This document shows, piece by piece, positions 26,133 to 38,650 of a stretch of DNA of 64,000 nucleotides; position 1 is the first letter of the stretch; each line of letters begins with the position of its first letter. Source of the stretch: Mytilus trossulus. Taxonomy: Eukaryota. The stretch is from NCBI RefSeq assembly GCF_036588685.1, contig NC_086376.1, positions 45,446,001 to 45,510,000 on the forward strand, read 5' to 3'. Position numbers and translations under genes: made by a program. The notes under the pieces are model-generated. The model was given only the letters and a program-made list of their open reading frames with translations. It searched no databases and was not told the origin of the DNA.

Positions 26133-27797
26133 CAAATGAGTTCCAAACCTGTATATGAGATGTACAAGTGTTCTTCGCGTGCCTAGATCCTGTGTTACTC
26201 TTCATTTTATTACTCTATAGTCCAAAACAAACTCAATGTCATATCGTAGAATTAAGAGGTACAGACGCAAAAGACGGCTACGGGTGACACAAAATATATT
26301 TCGCATAACATACTATTATAGTTGATTATATACTAGTACATGATCTAAATTGGGACAAGAGGACAGTCATTGAGAACAGCAATTAAAGCGCTGTTTCTTT
26401 GCTTTGTTTCAGTGCATGTGCTGACTCTGTGTCATGAATGGATACCATATCCTTTTTTTTTATATATATATATAAAACGAAGAATTTATCGGGGTTGAAA
26501 ATGTTTGTTACCGATCAACCCTCCTAAAACCTGGAGTCAAAGGTGTAACAGCCAAACAAAACCTTCAGAAAAAAATAACATAATAACCGAACTCTATAGT
26601 TCAAAGCTGATAACAACTAATAAATTTTGTTCTTCAAGAACAAATTATCAATCAGAACATATATTTTGTGTAAAGACATAACATTTTGCAATAAACATAT
26701 AGTCTCAAGAGAATTATATATATATAGGTCTATGTACATCTTCAACAATGGTAATACTCCAGTATTGTGATGCAAAATTAAGTTCCAGACAAAAATCACT
26801 TTTTGTTGATCTTGTTTGCTGATCATTTTGTATATTCATCTCCTTTTATTTCATTATTAAAGAGCTAGAACTCTAATAAGGAGTAGATTAACGATTTCAG
26901 CTATATATGCATGATGACTTATTTGTAAATCTCATCTTACTTGTCATTTTTTCTATTTAAAGTAGCTATCATGCAGTATTCTATCTTAGTATGTTTTTAA
27001 AATAAGAAGTATAGAAGTCTGGAAATGGGTAGACGATTTCAATCACCATTATGTGTCCGTCTTGCTGGTCATTTTTCCTTTTCCTAATTTTCTGTCTATA
27101 TTTTATAGTTTTTCAGATTTTTCAGATGTAGACGAAAAACGAAAATAAAGATAAAAATAGTCAATCAAAGGACAATGGCTCCTGTGAGGGATCGTCATAC
27201 GACTTAAACAATGAAATTTTTGAAGATCGCCCTTTATAGTTTTTGGTGTTTCGTGTTGCTCATATGAAGTCGCTAGTTTTATAGGTATGTTTGTGAATCT
27301 ACTAGTTTTTTCAACTTCTGGGGTATTTTGTTTGCCTAACATCTGATAGAAACTCAAATTTACAAAAATGATTAGCGATCTCAGGTACCTCGGAAGGGTA
27401 CACAAATCCTGCTCTATACTAGTGGCACCCGTCATGTTGCTCGTTGAAAGTACAAGTTCAGTTACGAGTCTCATTCGGTGGTGAATAGGATGTAGGAATT
27501 GGAACCGAAGGAACTTTGGCATCCACAATTGTAAAATTAACAAAAGGAAAGGAGAGATGCTTTGATTTTCCCATGTGAAATTTAAATGAAATATCCAAAT
27601 CTAGAAAAGAACTATTATTGCTGTTAATACTGTATTAGTATTAGATTGGGATAAATTGAATTCACTCAATTAAGTGACGCCACATAAGATTGATGTTTAT
27701 GATACTATAATATCATAGGCCGAAACCGTAAGTTCAGCGCTTAGTATACTGACGTGGAAAGGGAACACATGCCCACCGAAAGCTCTTTTATATGAGA

Positions 27798-27985
27798 GCC
27801 CAGGTGGTCGTGTGGTCTAGCGGGACGGCTGCAGTGCAGGCGATTTGGTGTCACGATATCACAGTAGCATGGGTTCGAATCCCGGCGAGGGAAGAACCAA
27901 AAATTTGCGAAAGCAAATTTACAGATCTAACATTGTTGGGTTGATGTTTAGACGAGATGTATATATATAAATATATATATATATT
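27798..27985 (+). mobile_element. tRNA-derived SINE-like element
   Basis: A-box-like TGGTCGTGTGG and B box GGTTCGAATCC (27872-27882), but the acceptor stem is broken. Followed by hairpins and a (TA)n tail. Confidence 0.65.
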
Positions 27986-28906
27986 CTTAAAATAAAATAT
28001 TGTATAGATAGTGTTTGCGTCATGTATTTTTAATAAATAATCATAAACAATAATACATCAGCTATATTATATTTGGATTTGAAAAATACGTTGCATTTCT
28101 ACGCATTTCCTATGGACTTAACATGTAAAACAAAACTCAATTTAAGAAATTGAAAGGAGAACATGAAACAAAATATACATTCCGACTTCCTTGCAAGATA
28201 TTCAAGTATCACAGGTACTCGTCTCAGACATTTTTTCCTATATACCTTCAACATTTATTTTTTGAGACGAGTTCCTGTGTCTAGTATACAGCGAAGAATG
28301 AATGTATCCGTCTGGTTTTGAAAAATAAAATCATACAGGTTGGTTGGTCGGTGTGTTAAAAGACCGGTTCTTTTAAGTGCCGAGATATTGACACAAGTCA
28401 GCTGACCCAAGTTTTGGCGCGCTTAATTTACCAGAATGAAATTTATATCTTTATAGTGCCGATTTAATCGTGCACCTCAGTTAAACAATATACATAACGC
28501 GAGAGGAATTAACTTTTTTAATTTTCAAAAGTTTTTCACTGCATGATTAAAACCAAATCCATTACAAAATAGCTGCGATGCGCATGTCACTTTATGTTTT
28601 AACAGCAAAACAATCATCATGTGGAAAATTACCTTCAGTCTCACAAAAAGTTGTTGTCCTTGATGATCTTTAGAATGCAGGATAACGATACTAGAAGGAA
28701 TTGAATTTTAAAGTCCCATTTCCGACCGGACGGTGACTGTATATTTATATCCAGCATGGCAGATAGATTAAGGCGTTGGTTTGACGATGTTAAAATTTCC
28801 CCAAATCGAATCAAGGTTTCAACAAATCTTGGGGAATAAAAAAAAGCAGCGAGACCGTGTCCGTCGACAGGGTGATATGCGTCTCCTGCTATGCATTCGT
28901 GTAACT

Positions 28907-29605
28907 CCTCCGGGTGTTATATTTTCTCGCTGGATTGAAGACCCGTTGGTGGCCTTCGGTTGTTGTCTGCTATTTGATCGGGTTGTTGTCTCTTTGACAT
29001 ATTCCCTATTTCCATGCATTCTCAATTTTATCATATGCATGTGAAATAAATAATGTATACATAAACTATTAGCTAATTTGCAAATATTCATTTTTTTTTT
29101 AATGTTTGTGTCTTTATATTAACAAATAATATTAATTTTATAGAAATAAGAGGATGTGGTATAATTGTTATCTAGACAATGATACCACATCTTTATTATA
29201 TCTATTCACAAAATAGGTCTTAGATGGATTTTGTCATTAGTTTAGGTCCATTTTGGTTATACAGCTCTTCAACTTTTTCGGTTTTTATACATCCTTGGCT
29301 TTTAAACATTCAGCTTTGAGCGTTCAAATGAAGAATCATGAAGGTATCTCCAGAAAAGCACATCGGCTGCATGATATATATAAATCGTTGTTTTTTTGTT
29401 TTTTTTTTACCATAATAGGGTTCACCGTTTGATGTTCATCGAACATGTGTTTATACTCTACATAATGCCATGTATATTGGATCAATGAAATTGAAAATGG
29501 AAATAAGGAATATGTCAAAGAGACAACAACCCGACCAAAGATCAGATTACAATCGAAGTCCACCAACGGGTCTTCAATGCAGCGAGAAAATCCGGCACCC
29601 AGAGG
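28907..29605. repeat. Two inverted copies of repeat family F (28907-29031 + and 29484-29605 -)
   Basis: TTGAAGACCCGTTGGTGG...TCGGGTTGTTGTCTCTTTGACATATTCC and its reverse complement. Confidence 0.75.
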
Positions 29606-29939
29606 TGCTAAGATTATTTTGTCCTACATACACTTTAAACGTGTATATAACATGAACAACAAATCGTTTTGCTTCCTGGAAATTAACATTTCCAGTTTTT
29701 CATCAAACATCTAATAAGCTGTGAAGTTTGATGGTACATTCACGAATAAGACAAAAAAACAAAAAAGCAAAGAGAGTTGTAGCATATTTAATTGGTCATC
29801 GGAAAAATTACCCAAAATACGTTACACGTCTAGATTGATTAGTAATAACAATTTTTCGTGTTGAAAAAAAAACATAACTACATGAATTTTACTTTTAATC
29901 CGATCGAAATCATAGCATTTACAAATGGGGTTTAAAAAT

Positions 29940-30382
29940 GTCGGGATGTATAAGTACCCGGCCACGTCCACTTTTATTTTTTGTCTATCTGATGAGTTAA
30001 GCCTTTTTCAACTGATTTTTATAGTTCGTTTCTTATGTTGTACTGTTATGCCACTGGGATCCCGCTAACATGTTTAACCCCGCCACATTATTGATGTATG
30101 TGTCTGTCCCAAGTCAGGAGCCTGTAATTCAGTGGTTGTCGTTTGTTTATGTGTTACATATTTGTTTTTCGTTCATTTTGTTTTACATAAATAAGGCCGT
30201 TAGTTTTCTGTTTGAATTGTTTTACATTTTCTTATCGGGGCCTTTGATAGATGACTATGCGTTATGGGCTTTGCTCATTGTTGAAGGCCGTACGGTGACC
30301 TATAGTTGTTAATGTTTCTGTCATTTTGGTCTTTTGTAAATAGTTGTCCCAATGGCAATCATACCACATCTTCTTTTTTATA
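29940..30382 (+). repeat. Dispersed repeat family A (longest copy; ends CAATCATACCACATCTTCTTTTT)
   Basis: Homologous segments recur at 33040-33420, 34010-34260, 46101-46566 (-), 55875-56125, 58687-58950 and 31925-32010 (-). Confidence 0.85.
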
Positions 30383-33300
30383 TTTGTAACTGGATGAGTT
30401 ATGCAGACAACATTATATATATGGAAGTTTTTAACTACATGTACCTTGACTGGCTATACAGTCCTTGCACGGTCGGACAACATTGAACGTCACTATCTTC
30501 TTTTGAAAGGTCATTCCAGCTTCTGTCTGTTAATGACAATTTGAGTGAAAACAGTATTAGCAAGCTAACTTTGTGATTTGCGAAAATTTTACAAGGTAAA
30601 AATGAGCTTGACCATACCTTGGTCTCGTCTTTTCCTTTCGTATAAACCAATGTCGAAAACTGTTTCATTTAACTGCGTTCAATTGTATTTACACTCAGGG
30701 AATGAAATATAATTCTATCTTTTTATTTCAAAACATAATGAAAATTCACGGTTACCGTTTTAGCCCTGCCGAATGTAATTGTGCCTGTCCTCTTGAAACT
30801 ACGCAATATTTTTCTTAAGGTTTAGTGTTAACAAATTCATACTAGTAAATACTAATAATTTTTTGGGCCCTTTATAGCTTGCTGTTCGGTGTGTGCCTAA
30901 GCTCCGTGTTGAAGACCGTACCTTGACTGTTCTTTTATAAATTGTGACTTGGATGGAGGGGTGTCTCCTTGACACAACATCTTCCTATATCTATATAGCC
31001 ACATCTCCCTGTATGAAAAGAGGAAGTGAGGAGTATATGATGATAAGGTAGACACAAAACCGTATACTCCATTAAACCCGAAGACAAGATAAAATACTTG
31101 CGTAGAACAACACCACGCATTTGATCCAAGATGCACGACTCTTTATAATGCATATTACATTAACCTTTATTTTCCATTTACATTTGCATTACTGGAAAAC
31201 TGTGAAACAGTTTTATATGTATGGCGGATGAGAGCAAATTAACATTGATTTCAAGTTTTTTCTTTGTCCCAAATTCGATTTTATCTTATTGTCTTCAAGA
31301 AATTTACTTGACAGATATGAACATTGTAAAATCAGTTTCTGTAAACTTTTCTTTCCTCACTTAATGCAAAATTTGAAACCTTTGTTATCAATTGTTGGTA
31401 TAGACGTTGAATAAAAAATAGAAAGAGTTACTTCCCATGAAAGACATGATTTGGGTGAGAGTAATAAATGTTTTACGTATATATAATTATCATACTCCTT
31501 CTAGACATTTTAATCGCAAAATCATAAGAGTAGAAAAAAAATATCACGGGGCATTTATAATGCACAAATATAAATATTCCAAGTTTGTGTCATTGAATTT
31601 AAAGTTGTTGTATTTGGAATCTTAACGCAATTTTTGAAACCGATTCTTTGATTTATTTGTATTAATGTACCAAAACCTATCATACTTACACCTGAAAATA
31701 GTGTAACGTCAACAGAAATGAGAAACAAAACAGTTGTGACCAAGGAAAATCTTTTTGCTGAGAAAAATGATACAAATTTTTCGTTTACTCAGGTCGGATT
31801 ATTTAGATTTACCGTGCATGCGATATAGAAAGCATTGAGACATAAACTTACCGTTTACGTGCAAGATTTTAGTCTTCTTATTATTATGAATGTTTATTTT
31901 TAGCAAACTAAAGTAATCATTTTAGAAATAAGGAGTTTCGGTATGATTTTCAATGAGACAACTCTCCACCAGAGACCAAATGACATTGAAGGTAACACCC
32001 ATAGGTATTCAATTTTTTTTTAAGAATGTTCACCCCTGATCGAACGTCTTGGTCCTGAATTTCATTTAGTTCTTGTGTCATTTTCAGAGAAGGGGTGTGG
32101 GTTGCTAGATATACTTTCTCTTAGCATCCTGGCTTATGCTTTTCAATCGATTATCTATAAAGTTGAAAGAAAAGACTGCTGGTTTTATAATGTTGTGTTT
32201 AAAGAGGCAACAAAGAACACGAATGACATTCAAAATGTACATAATAAGAGTTTGATGTTTTATGAATATGCAATAACAAAGCTAGTAAGTGGCATTAGGA
32301 GTACATTCATATGTCTCACATGATTAATAGTTTTTCTTTGCTTCATGTTCAGTGGCACATGTTTCATTAATAGTAAATACAAATCCATTATGACTGCAAA
32401 TGTCATTATACGTTGTATCAGAGTTTAATTTGTAACAAGATTTTTTATTAGTCAAACATCATGTTATGTTAAGGTGACATACCACCATTGCTTACAAAGA
32501 AGGAAAGAGTAGTTCAAATACAATGTGAGCATAAATTATTTAAAGTAGATAGCATTTAGATGCTTTCCCCTGTTATCTTTTTTAAATTGGGACTTTCCAA
32601 AAAAAAATTACAGAATTTGTTTTTACTTCTAATATGTAGATACTTAGGTAAATTTTTATACATTCTAGTACTACAGTGAAAATTTCACATAACACCACTT
32701 AGATAGATATAGGAAGATGTGGTGTGAGTGAGTGCCAATGAGACAACTCTCCATTCAAAAAACAATTCATAAAAGTAAACCATTATAGGTACATGTACGG
32801 CCAATATATAAGATAATATATATGTCTATGGCCGACATTTTGTTTCTGCAGCGAAATGAAGGGTTAATTTCCTACAACCGTCCAAATCAAGAGAATACCT
32901 TTTTTCGATCCTTTTCGAATATAACCGGAAGTGTCGTCATCACTCTAAACATATGTTTGACTTAAATATAACTTCGTGAAAACCATGCTTCCCTCTCACG
33001 CCCGGTCTCTAACTTTATAACGGTTGTATCTTATATTTGGTTTTTGTTAAGTGTTTTGTTTAGTTGTTCTTGCATTGTACAGTATACCCCTGTTTCATGT
33101 TATAGAAGGCATGAGCGCCTTCAACATCATTAACCCCACCACATTCTGTATGTGCATGTCAGAAGCATCCAATTTAGTGGTAGTTGTTTGTTGCTTTATA
33201 TCATACTTATTTTTCGTTTATTGTGAATTTGTTTTGTATTAAATCAGGACGTCAGTTTTTTGTTTGAATTATCAGACCTTTGTTATTGTGGTGCCTTCTT

Positions 33301-33864
33301 TAGCTGACTTTGTGGTACTATTATGTGTTTTGCTCATTGTTGAAGAATCATAGTTGTTAACTTTTTTGTCGTTTGGTTTCTTATGGAGAGATGTCTCTTT
33401 GGCAATCATACTATTATCCTGAAGTATACATGCATTAACTTTGTACATGTTCGAAAACTATTTGTTATAATGGACTTTTCAAGATAACATGTTGGGTTCA
33501 TGTAACTCGATATTACAAAACTATTGCATTGCATTGCATTTGTTTACCATATCTTGCATGGTTCTGGATTATCTTAAGCATGCATATGATCATGGTATTA
33601 CTTAGTAAATACCATGTGAACACATATATTATAAAAGTATATAATCTATTACGACAGTAATTTACCTTTGTCGGATTATTGGGGTGTTGGGCAAACAAGT
33701 TGTTTGACCAGTTGACAGTCGGTATGTCGGGGCAACCATCTAAAAATGTTTGTCATATTAATAAGCTATTTGCCAAATTGTCTATTTGTAAGTTGAGGAA
33801 TACAACAAGTTTCATAGTTATAAGAAATAAATCATGAAATGCATCAACAACTTCATTTGCAGTA

Positions 33865-33940
33865 GAATCGAACTCTGTGCATTCAGGTCTCCCAATATAA
33901 CATTATCTTCCCTGAAGTGCCATTACCTGACTGCATCACA
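33865..33940 (-). mobile_element. Possible decayed tRNA-derived SINE head
   Basis: Minus strand has A-box-like TGATGCAGTCAGGT and B-box GTTCGATTC at tRNA-like spacing. Confidence 0.3.
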
Positions 33941-36900
33941 CTTTGTCACAAGTAGTACGGAAAGTATATGATGAGTAAGGAAGTGGTTTGTGTAGAAAAA
34001 CAACTTTTCACCTTGATTTTTACAGTCTGTTCTTATGCTGTGCTGTTACAGTACCGTTTATTGCTGTATTTCATATTTGATTTTCCTTAATGTATTATAT
34101 ATGAATCAGGCCGTTATAGTTATGTTTGAACTGTTTTATATTTGTCATTTCGGGTCCTTATAAAGCTTGCTTTGCAGTATGAGATTTGTTGACTAATAGG
34201 TGCTTACTTCTACGTCACTTCGTCTCTGGTGGAGAGTTGTCTCGCATATCTTATTATTTCATAAAAGATACATTGTCAACCCAAAATCATGTTTGTTTAC
34301 CATCAACAACACTACATCATTTACAGATAAATATTTCTGTTTTGTGATGTTAATGTCCATTCCTTTATTTAACACATATCTGTAATATGCTGCATAACAC
34401 TTAATTTTATCCGTCAATAATTATTGCCAAGATTTCTTTATAGAAGAGGAATGTATTTCATATAGACCTATACTATCGTGATCTGATAGTATAGGACTAA
34501 GGTCTGTCTGAAATGTGTTCCTCTTCTTTAATGAACAATGTGTTTTTATAAAAAAAAATATATATATATAATTTTTACTGGAAATTATAATAAGTTTATA
34601 TAAAATCTCTGAAAGTACAAGCAACCGCTATTGCAATTGTAGATAACAGAACATTTACACGTTCAATCAAGTCCTGTCTTCCTCACGGATCAGTTTTTTA
34701 TTCTCTATAAAATGATTCACTGGGCTAACCCGACGATCAGACCTTCCTTGGTGTGACAAGATGTCTCAAAACATTAGATACCATACGAACATCAAAGGAT
34801 GTAGTTGTTAAATTATTACTCATCTAAACGCCATATTGCATAGAAACAGCGAACCAACTAAATTCTACAAGAACAGACTGCTTGGTAATTAAATTTATTG
34901 CCATTTTGCTTATTGTTGTTAAATAGGTTATTTTGCCCATAAATGGTGAATTATCTTTATATGTTTGAACCTAAGAAAACGCTTATTCAAAATCAAAGAG
35001 ATTTGAAACACTTATAATCTTTAAGATTCGTTGAAATAATCATAGCCAACTTGTAAAAATAAAATCAATGCAAATGAGTTACATTTTGTTTTGGTCTCAT
35101 CTCCGTTTGATTATTATTAACGTTCATTGGAAATCTAATGTGTAAATAAAATGTCATTAACGAAAAACAATTCGTTATGAACAAATATATTTATAAAATA
35201 TTATATTACATTTGTAATTCAATAAACGATCCTTTATTAATATCAATTGGATTTTTGCATACAAAATGATTTACGAACATTGAATGAAATCTCTTGTACA
35301 CATCAAAAGTACAACTGTTCTAACAGATTGATTGGCAAAAGACAAATAAGAAAAACAAAGTATATGGGGAATCCACCAATGGAACCAGTACATGCACTGC
35401 AAAAACACACAAAAAGCTAAAAACAAAAACAAAAACAGCTCTTATATGTGCATGACATGTAATGACAACTTATCTTCTGCAGTATCGCATCCATATACAG
35501 AAAATACCCATTGATAATAAGACTAAAACATATTCTCAGATTATTGCCCCTTTCAGGCGATGTTTGAAAGACTCTCAAATCAGAGTAATTCTAAAATTTA
35601 TCGTGTAAATAATACATAACTCACAATGGTCTGAAGATACCAGAATAGTATTTCCTAACACTGAACATTTCATGCTTTAAAATGTAATAAGACTAGATAG
35701 TGTTTTGAAAATAAGTCATTGAGTCTTGTCAAAGCCAACAACTGTCAAGTACCAGTATATTGTTATGAAATTGAGTAAGGCGTTAGTGTAAAACTGAGTC
35801 AATCTAACGGTTCATGACTAACATTATTTTAAACATGTCAACGGAGTTGTTACGATCAAAAAGTAACATAGACAATAGTCAATTTGATATTTTTATGTTA
35901 CTAATGAATATTTTCAAATAAATGCAACAGTCGTATACCGCTGTTCCAAAGTCACAAATCAATTAAAAGAAATAAAATATGGGTTACAAACTGAACCGGA
36001 GAGGACTCATTAATTATAAGAGGAAAACAACAGAACAACAAAAGCACTGAGGTGGAACAAAAACAAACGCTTACAAACATACAAACGACCTATTTGATAA
36101 CAATTGCTATATTCCTTACTTGGAACTAGGCATTTAAAGAAAAAAATGATGGGTTGCACCTGGTTTTGTGGACCATATAAAAGAGCATATAGCAAACTGA
36201 TAACGCTGCATATATACTCTGAATTTGTACAAATCCTAAAACTATCCTTATTGTTGCTATTTTATGACACCTTTGTTTTAGTCTTATACGCATTTTGTTT
36301 TGTTATCATTTTTTTTTCAGAAAATTTATTACTATTATTCAATGCATACAGTTTAAGACATTAATAGAATTATAACGGACAGATCCAGAAGTTATAAACT
36401 ATCGAAATCATATCATCTGCATTTTCTGTTTTTTATACCGCCGGTCTCCTTTAAAAGGAAGGTCGTCTAGGTCAGAAAAACGATGGTTATTATATATGAA
36501 TAGACGAATTTAGGTAATATATAACAAGCCAAAATTTATTTGCGAATAAAATATTTTCTTTTTGTTATGAGCAATCCAAAAAAATGGATACATTACTCTT
36601 GACAGACATACGGTTGAAAAAAAATCCTTTAGAAGAAATTCTTTCTTTTCGCTAATTTTTCACATACAACTGTAAATGTATTGCTTACCTAGGTTTCAGG
36701 CCTGGATTCTAAAAAAAACCAGACGTGTTTGAGGCAACAATGAGGGGAAAATATTATTTTTCAGATAATCTTTTCTGGTTTGATTATAGTAATAATGCTA
36801 GATTTTAATGAAGAATTGGTTCTGCATTTAAAACAAGCTAATTTGTGTCTTTGTCAGTCTTTTCAAGACCAAATGTGTTCCTGTTTACGGTAACATTTAT

Positions 36901-37386
36901 TTAGATGTTAAAAAAAAGTAAAGCAAAAATACAGTACTCAAAGGTAATTCAAAAATGAGAAAGCCACTATAACTAAAAAATTCAAGCACGAGGCCTTATT
37001 GTATTGTTTGTCGTATTGTAGACCAGTCATGTAATTTTTTTCATTGTACTGCTATATTTAACATTGTAATAAAAGCGGGAGGTTTGGCAAAACACAACAC
37101 CAGGTTCGACCCACCATTTTTTCTCTAAATGTCCTGTACCAAGTCAGGAAAATTTCCATTGTTAAATTAAAGTGCGTTTCTGTGTGTGTTACATTTAAGT
37201 GTTGTGTTTTTGTTGTGTCGTAATTCTCCTGCTGTTATATTTGATGTGTTTCCGTCAGTTTTAGTTTGTAACATGGATTTTCTCAATCGATTTATGAATT
37301 TCGAATAGCGGTATACTTTTACCTTTATTTATTTATATATGTTTGTTTGAAACAGTTATCAAAGTTACCAGGATTATAATTTAGTA

Positions 37387-37428
37387 CGTCAGACGCGCGT
37401 TTCGTCTACATAAGACTCATCAGTGACG
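37387..37428 (-). ncRNA. Type I minimal hammerhead ribozyme (family 1), intact
   Basis: CGUCA CUGAUGA GUCU-UAUGU-AGAC GAAA C-GCGC-GUC^UGACG. Perfect 5-bp helix I, 4-bp helix II and palindromic helix III ACGCGCGU. Confidence 0.88.
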
Positions 37429-37721
37429 ATCATGCCAAAATATTCATAAAGCCAAACCAGTACAAAGTTGAAGAGCATTGAGGATCCAAAATTCCAAAAA
37501 AGTTGTGCCAAAAACGGCAAAGGTAATCTATGCCTGGGATAAGAAAATCTAAGTTTTCTAAACTGCTAATTTATAAAAATTACCACATTATTAATATTCA
37601 TGTCAACACCGAAGTGTTGACTACTGGGCTGGTGATACCCTCGGGACGAAATGTCCACCAGCAGTGGCATCGACCCAGTGGTGTAAATAGTTTTCAAAGG
37701 TACAAGGATTCTAATTTAGTA

Positions 37722-37763
37722 CGTTAGACGCGCGTTTCGTCTATATAAGACTCATCAGTGACC
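37722..37763 (-). ncRNA. Second hammerhead of the tandem unit; core intact, helix I damaged
   Basis: GGUCA CUGAUGA GUCU-UAUAU-AGAC GAAA CGCGC GUC^UAACG, located 335 bp from the 37387 copy. Confidence 0.7.
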
Positions 37764-38184
37764 CTCATATTATTTGAAAATTGATAATACTTTAATACAA
37801 AATATTAACAAACACTTAGATATGGTTAATGCAAAAAATGTTCTAAAATTGAATGGCGTAACGGATGCCTTCTCATATTGGGTTAAATGTGTATTGTTAT
37901 TCGTATGAATTGTTGTTAAACACATCCTCCGTTATTCCAAGCTGGTTAAGAACATATTTTATATATATTTAGAAACATATCACAAATAAATATGCGTATT
38001 TGAATACCAGTTTGATAATTTCTTTATTTGATAAACACTATTCAACTTAATGTACATATAGATGATGAATGATTTTACATTCAAGTTACAGCTTACTACC
38101 ATTACCTTTACTTATAACATTCTGAACCCAGTTTTGCAAGGTAGGTTTTGACTTAGATATATCTTAAGTAGGTTTTTTTAGAGC

Positions 38185-38470
38185 TGTACCCCTTTTTTGA
38201 CATTTTTAACTATTATGTCTGTTTGTTTTGTTCACGCATCGTTGTCGATATAATGAAGTTTGATGTGACTGTAATACAAGAGAGAGAGGTTTAAATTAGC
38301 TTGCTATAAAACCACCATTTTCTATATAAGAAAATGTCTGTACAAAGTCAGGAATATGACAGTTGCTATTCATTCGTTTGATGTGTTTGAGCTTTTGATT
38401 TTTGCCATTTGATTAGGAGCTCTCCGTTTTGAATTTTCCATGGGGTTCAGAATTTTCATAATTTTATTTC
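38185..38470 (+). repeat. Dispersed repeat family D
   Basis: AAGTCAGGAATATGACAGTTG...TTTTGCCATTTGAT...GAATTTTCC. Other copies at 38808-38943, 39325-39473, 43970-44400 (-) and 48682-48790. Confidence 0.8.
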
Positions 38471-38479
38471 TGAAATACC

Positions 38480-38650
38480 ATGGTAAAAAAATTGTGTACA
38501 CCAAGCGCGTGTTTAGTCTATGAAAGACTCACCAGTACTGCTCGAATCAAAGTTTTAAAAACAAAACGCCAAATAAAATACTAAGTTGAAGACCCGATAT
38601 TCCGAAAAGTTTTGTTAAATACAGCTAAGGTTATTATTTCCTGGAACATA
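38480..38650 (-). mobile_element. Decayed family 1 fragment
   Basis: GCGCGTGTTTAGTCTATGAAAGACTCACCAGT hammerhead remnant plus body motifs. Confidence 0.55.

Larger units (their letters stand above)
37350..37770 (-). mobile_element. Retrozyme-like unit: 335-nt monomer bounded by two hammerheads
   Basis: Predicted cleavage sites at 37727/37726 and 37392/37391. The monomer contains a GUCAACAC-UUCG-GUGUUGAC hairpin (37602-37621) and a GCUGGUG/CACCAGC branched stem. Confidence 0.82.

Noticed and set aside
27798-27891. Functional tRNA gene
   Set aside because: Acceptor and T stems are mispaired and there is no clear anticodon arm; treated as a SINE head.
29988-30020. CTGATGAG in family A
   Set aside because: Not followed by GAAA/NUH in hammerhead geometry.
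37625-37665. Antisense hammerhead-like string CUGGUGA-UACCCUCGGGAC-GAAA-UGUC in the retrozyme body
   Set aside because: Conserved A6 is G, there is no R-Y closing pair for helix II and there is no helix III. It is better explained as the complement of the sense-strand branched structure.
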